A program made the position numbers and the translations under genes. The notes beneath the pieces were generated by a model that made no database searches, had not been told where the DNA came from, and saw only the letters and a program-made list of their open reading frames with translations. A DNA stretch of 36,607 nt from a virus: the IMG/VR virus record IMGVR_UViG_3300006217_000229, one strand, 5' to 3'. Of the stretch, positions 35,872 to 36,607 are shown piece by piece (the first letter of the stretch is position 1; each line of letters starts with the position of its first letter).

Positions 35872-36607
35872 ATGTATCTTACAAATCCGTATTATGAAGA
35901 AGCTTTAGATGATGAAAACAAAAAATTTCAAGCAAGAATAAAGCTAAGAGATAATACTTTGTATAACGCAAATATAAAAAACATTAAATATGATTTAGAT
36001 ATAAACCCAAATGATAAATTTATGTTAGGGGGTGTTTACGGAGCTTCTGTATCTGCTACACTTTTAAACTACGAAGGTGATTTGGATGGCATAAATTTTG
36101 AAAATGAGGAATTTATAATAGATCTAAAGATATTTATCAAGGATTTATATACCGTATCAGACCTTCATCATGAACTAGTGGAAATAGTAAATAGAGCAAA
36201 AATTAAAAAGATGACAAGTTTATGGATTCCACAAGGAAAGTTCTATGTTACAGAAATTAAGAAAAATGAAGATAGAACGATATCGATTAAGTTGATAGAT
36301 AAGACAAAGTATTTAGAAGATATTTACATTTGTACTTTAGAACCACCATTCACATTAAAACAGTTATATGATGATGTTCATAAGCAAGCACAGATAATAT
36401 CAGATACAAATTATTTCTACAATCAAGATAAGATAATAGATAAAGTACTTGAGCGGCTATACATATAAACAAATATTAGGGTTTATAGCAGAGTGTGCAA
36501 GTGGTTTTTATTTTATAAATAGATTAGGAAACGGAGAACTTAGGGAATATAGTTCAGAATGTTCAAAAATTATAAAAAAAGGAAAATATAAAGAATTTTT
36601 ACCGTCT
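35872..36607 (+). CDS. Tail-tip / minor structural protein, N-terminal part (continues at position 32 after the circular junction); needs +1 shift at in-frame CGG 36454-36456
   Basis: The junction ...IIDKVLE[G]YTYKQILGFIAECASGFYFINRLGNGELREY... stays open to the window end and is in phase with ORF 56..634. Confidence 0.8.
36580..36607. repeat. Terminal overlap copy 2 (identical to 4-31)
   Basis: Direct comparison of the window ends. Confidence 0.9.

Larger units (their letters stand above)
1..36607 (+). mobile_element. Complete temperate siphovirus-like phage genome, circular/attP form (unit about 36,576 bp plus 28-nt overlap)
   Basis: Full lysis, lysogeny, replication, packaging, head and tail modules are present. 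There is no host flank. Positions 4-31 equal 36580-36607, and the tail gene starting at 35872 continues in frame into position 32 onward. Confidence 0.9.

Noticed and set aside
608-36456. Explaining the 18 frame breaks as random sequencing indels, such as homopolymer errors
   Set aside because: None lies in a homopolymer. All are the same event, an extra C before GG. All create an in-frame CGG in the incoming frame, and no other kind of indel or in-frame stop is seen in about 36 kb. A systematic context-specific artifact (for example modification-linked basecalling) is not fully excluded. It would not be expected to respect codon phase. Read-level verification is still required.
608-36456. 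Interpreting the split genes as pseudogenes of a decaying prophage
   Set aside because: Decay should give mixed lesions: deletions, stops and varied indels in random phase. Here the rest of each gene is intact, coupling signals are preserved, the genome is in circular attP form, and every lesion is the same phase-locked CGG.
1-36607. CRISPR arrays, rRNA genes, transposases or known defence systems
   Set aside because: No direct-repeat/spacer array is present; all repeats have only two to four copies. No rRNA-like or IS-like sequences were seen, and no recognisable defence gene signatures beyond the possible morons noted.

Overview
The window is one complete, AT-rich temperate siphovirus-like phage genome in circular (attP) form. 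Positions 4-31 recur exactly at 36580-36607 and a tail gene reads through that junction, so the unit length is about 36,576 bp. The host is probably a spore-forming low-GC Firmicute. The evidence is XhlA, SpoVS-like and Spo0E-like genes, an attP built on an initiator-type tRNA-Met 3' segment, and AGA-dominated Arg usage.

Gene order:
- tail tip and fiber
- XhlA and membrane-anchored endolysin
- Spo0E-like moron
- attP, integrase and CI-like repressor (minus strand)
- cro and excisionase-like HTH
- replication module: DUF2800 nuclease, SpoVS-like, DUF2815, family A polymerase, VirE-type primase-helicase, ori-like iterons, VRR-NUC, SNF2
- sigma-like late regulator
- terS, terL, portal, MuF-ART, scaffold, capsid, neck, major tail, chaperones, Com-like zinc finger, tape measure and distal tail

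The main result concerns the CGG codon. By my manual scan, every CGG that lies in the operative reading frame of a credible gene sits exactly where the frame must move +1: skip the C and read GGN, or decode CGGN as a quadruplet. There are 18 such sites in 10 genes: tail tip, fiber, XhlA, lysin, xis-like, PolA, SNF2, terS, portal and the chaperone extension. The joined products read straight through recognisable conserved motifs. I found no in-frame CGG that behaves as an ordinary Arg codon. About 70 CGG trinucleotides in the other two codon phases are innocuous.

This pattern fits genome-wide programmed recoding at an unassigned or hungry CGG codon better than random sequencing error or prophage decay. 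Read-level confirmation that the C is really present is still essential.

Secondary observations:
- a 78-79 nt duplicated hairpin leader in front of the major capsid and major tail genes, plus a Com-like zinc finger
- a possible +1 shift at AAA-TAG in the tail chaperone
- two sporulation-related genes
- an attP with arm-type repeats
- an iteron-rich origin candidate
- a MuF-ADP-ribosyltransferase fusion
- a G10 tract
- tandem terminators in front of terS
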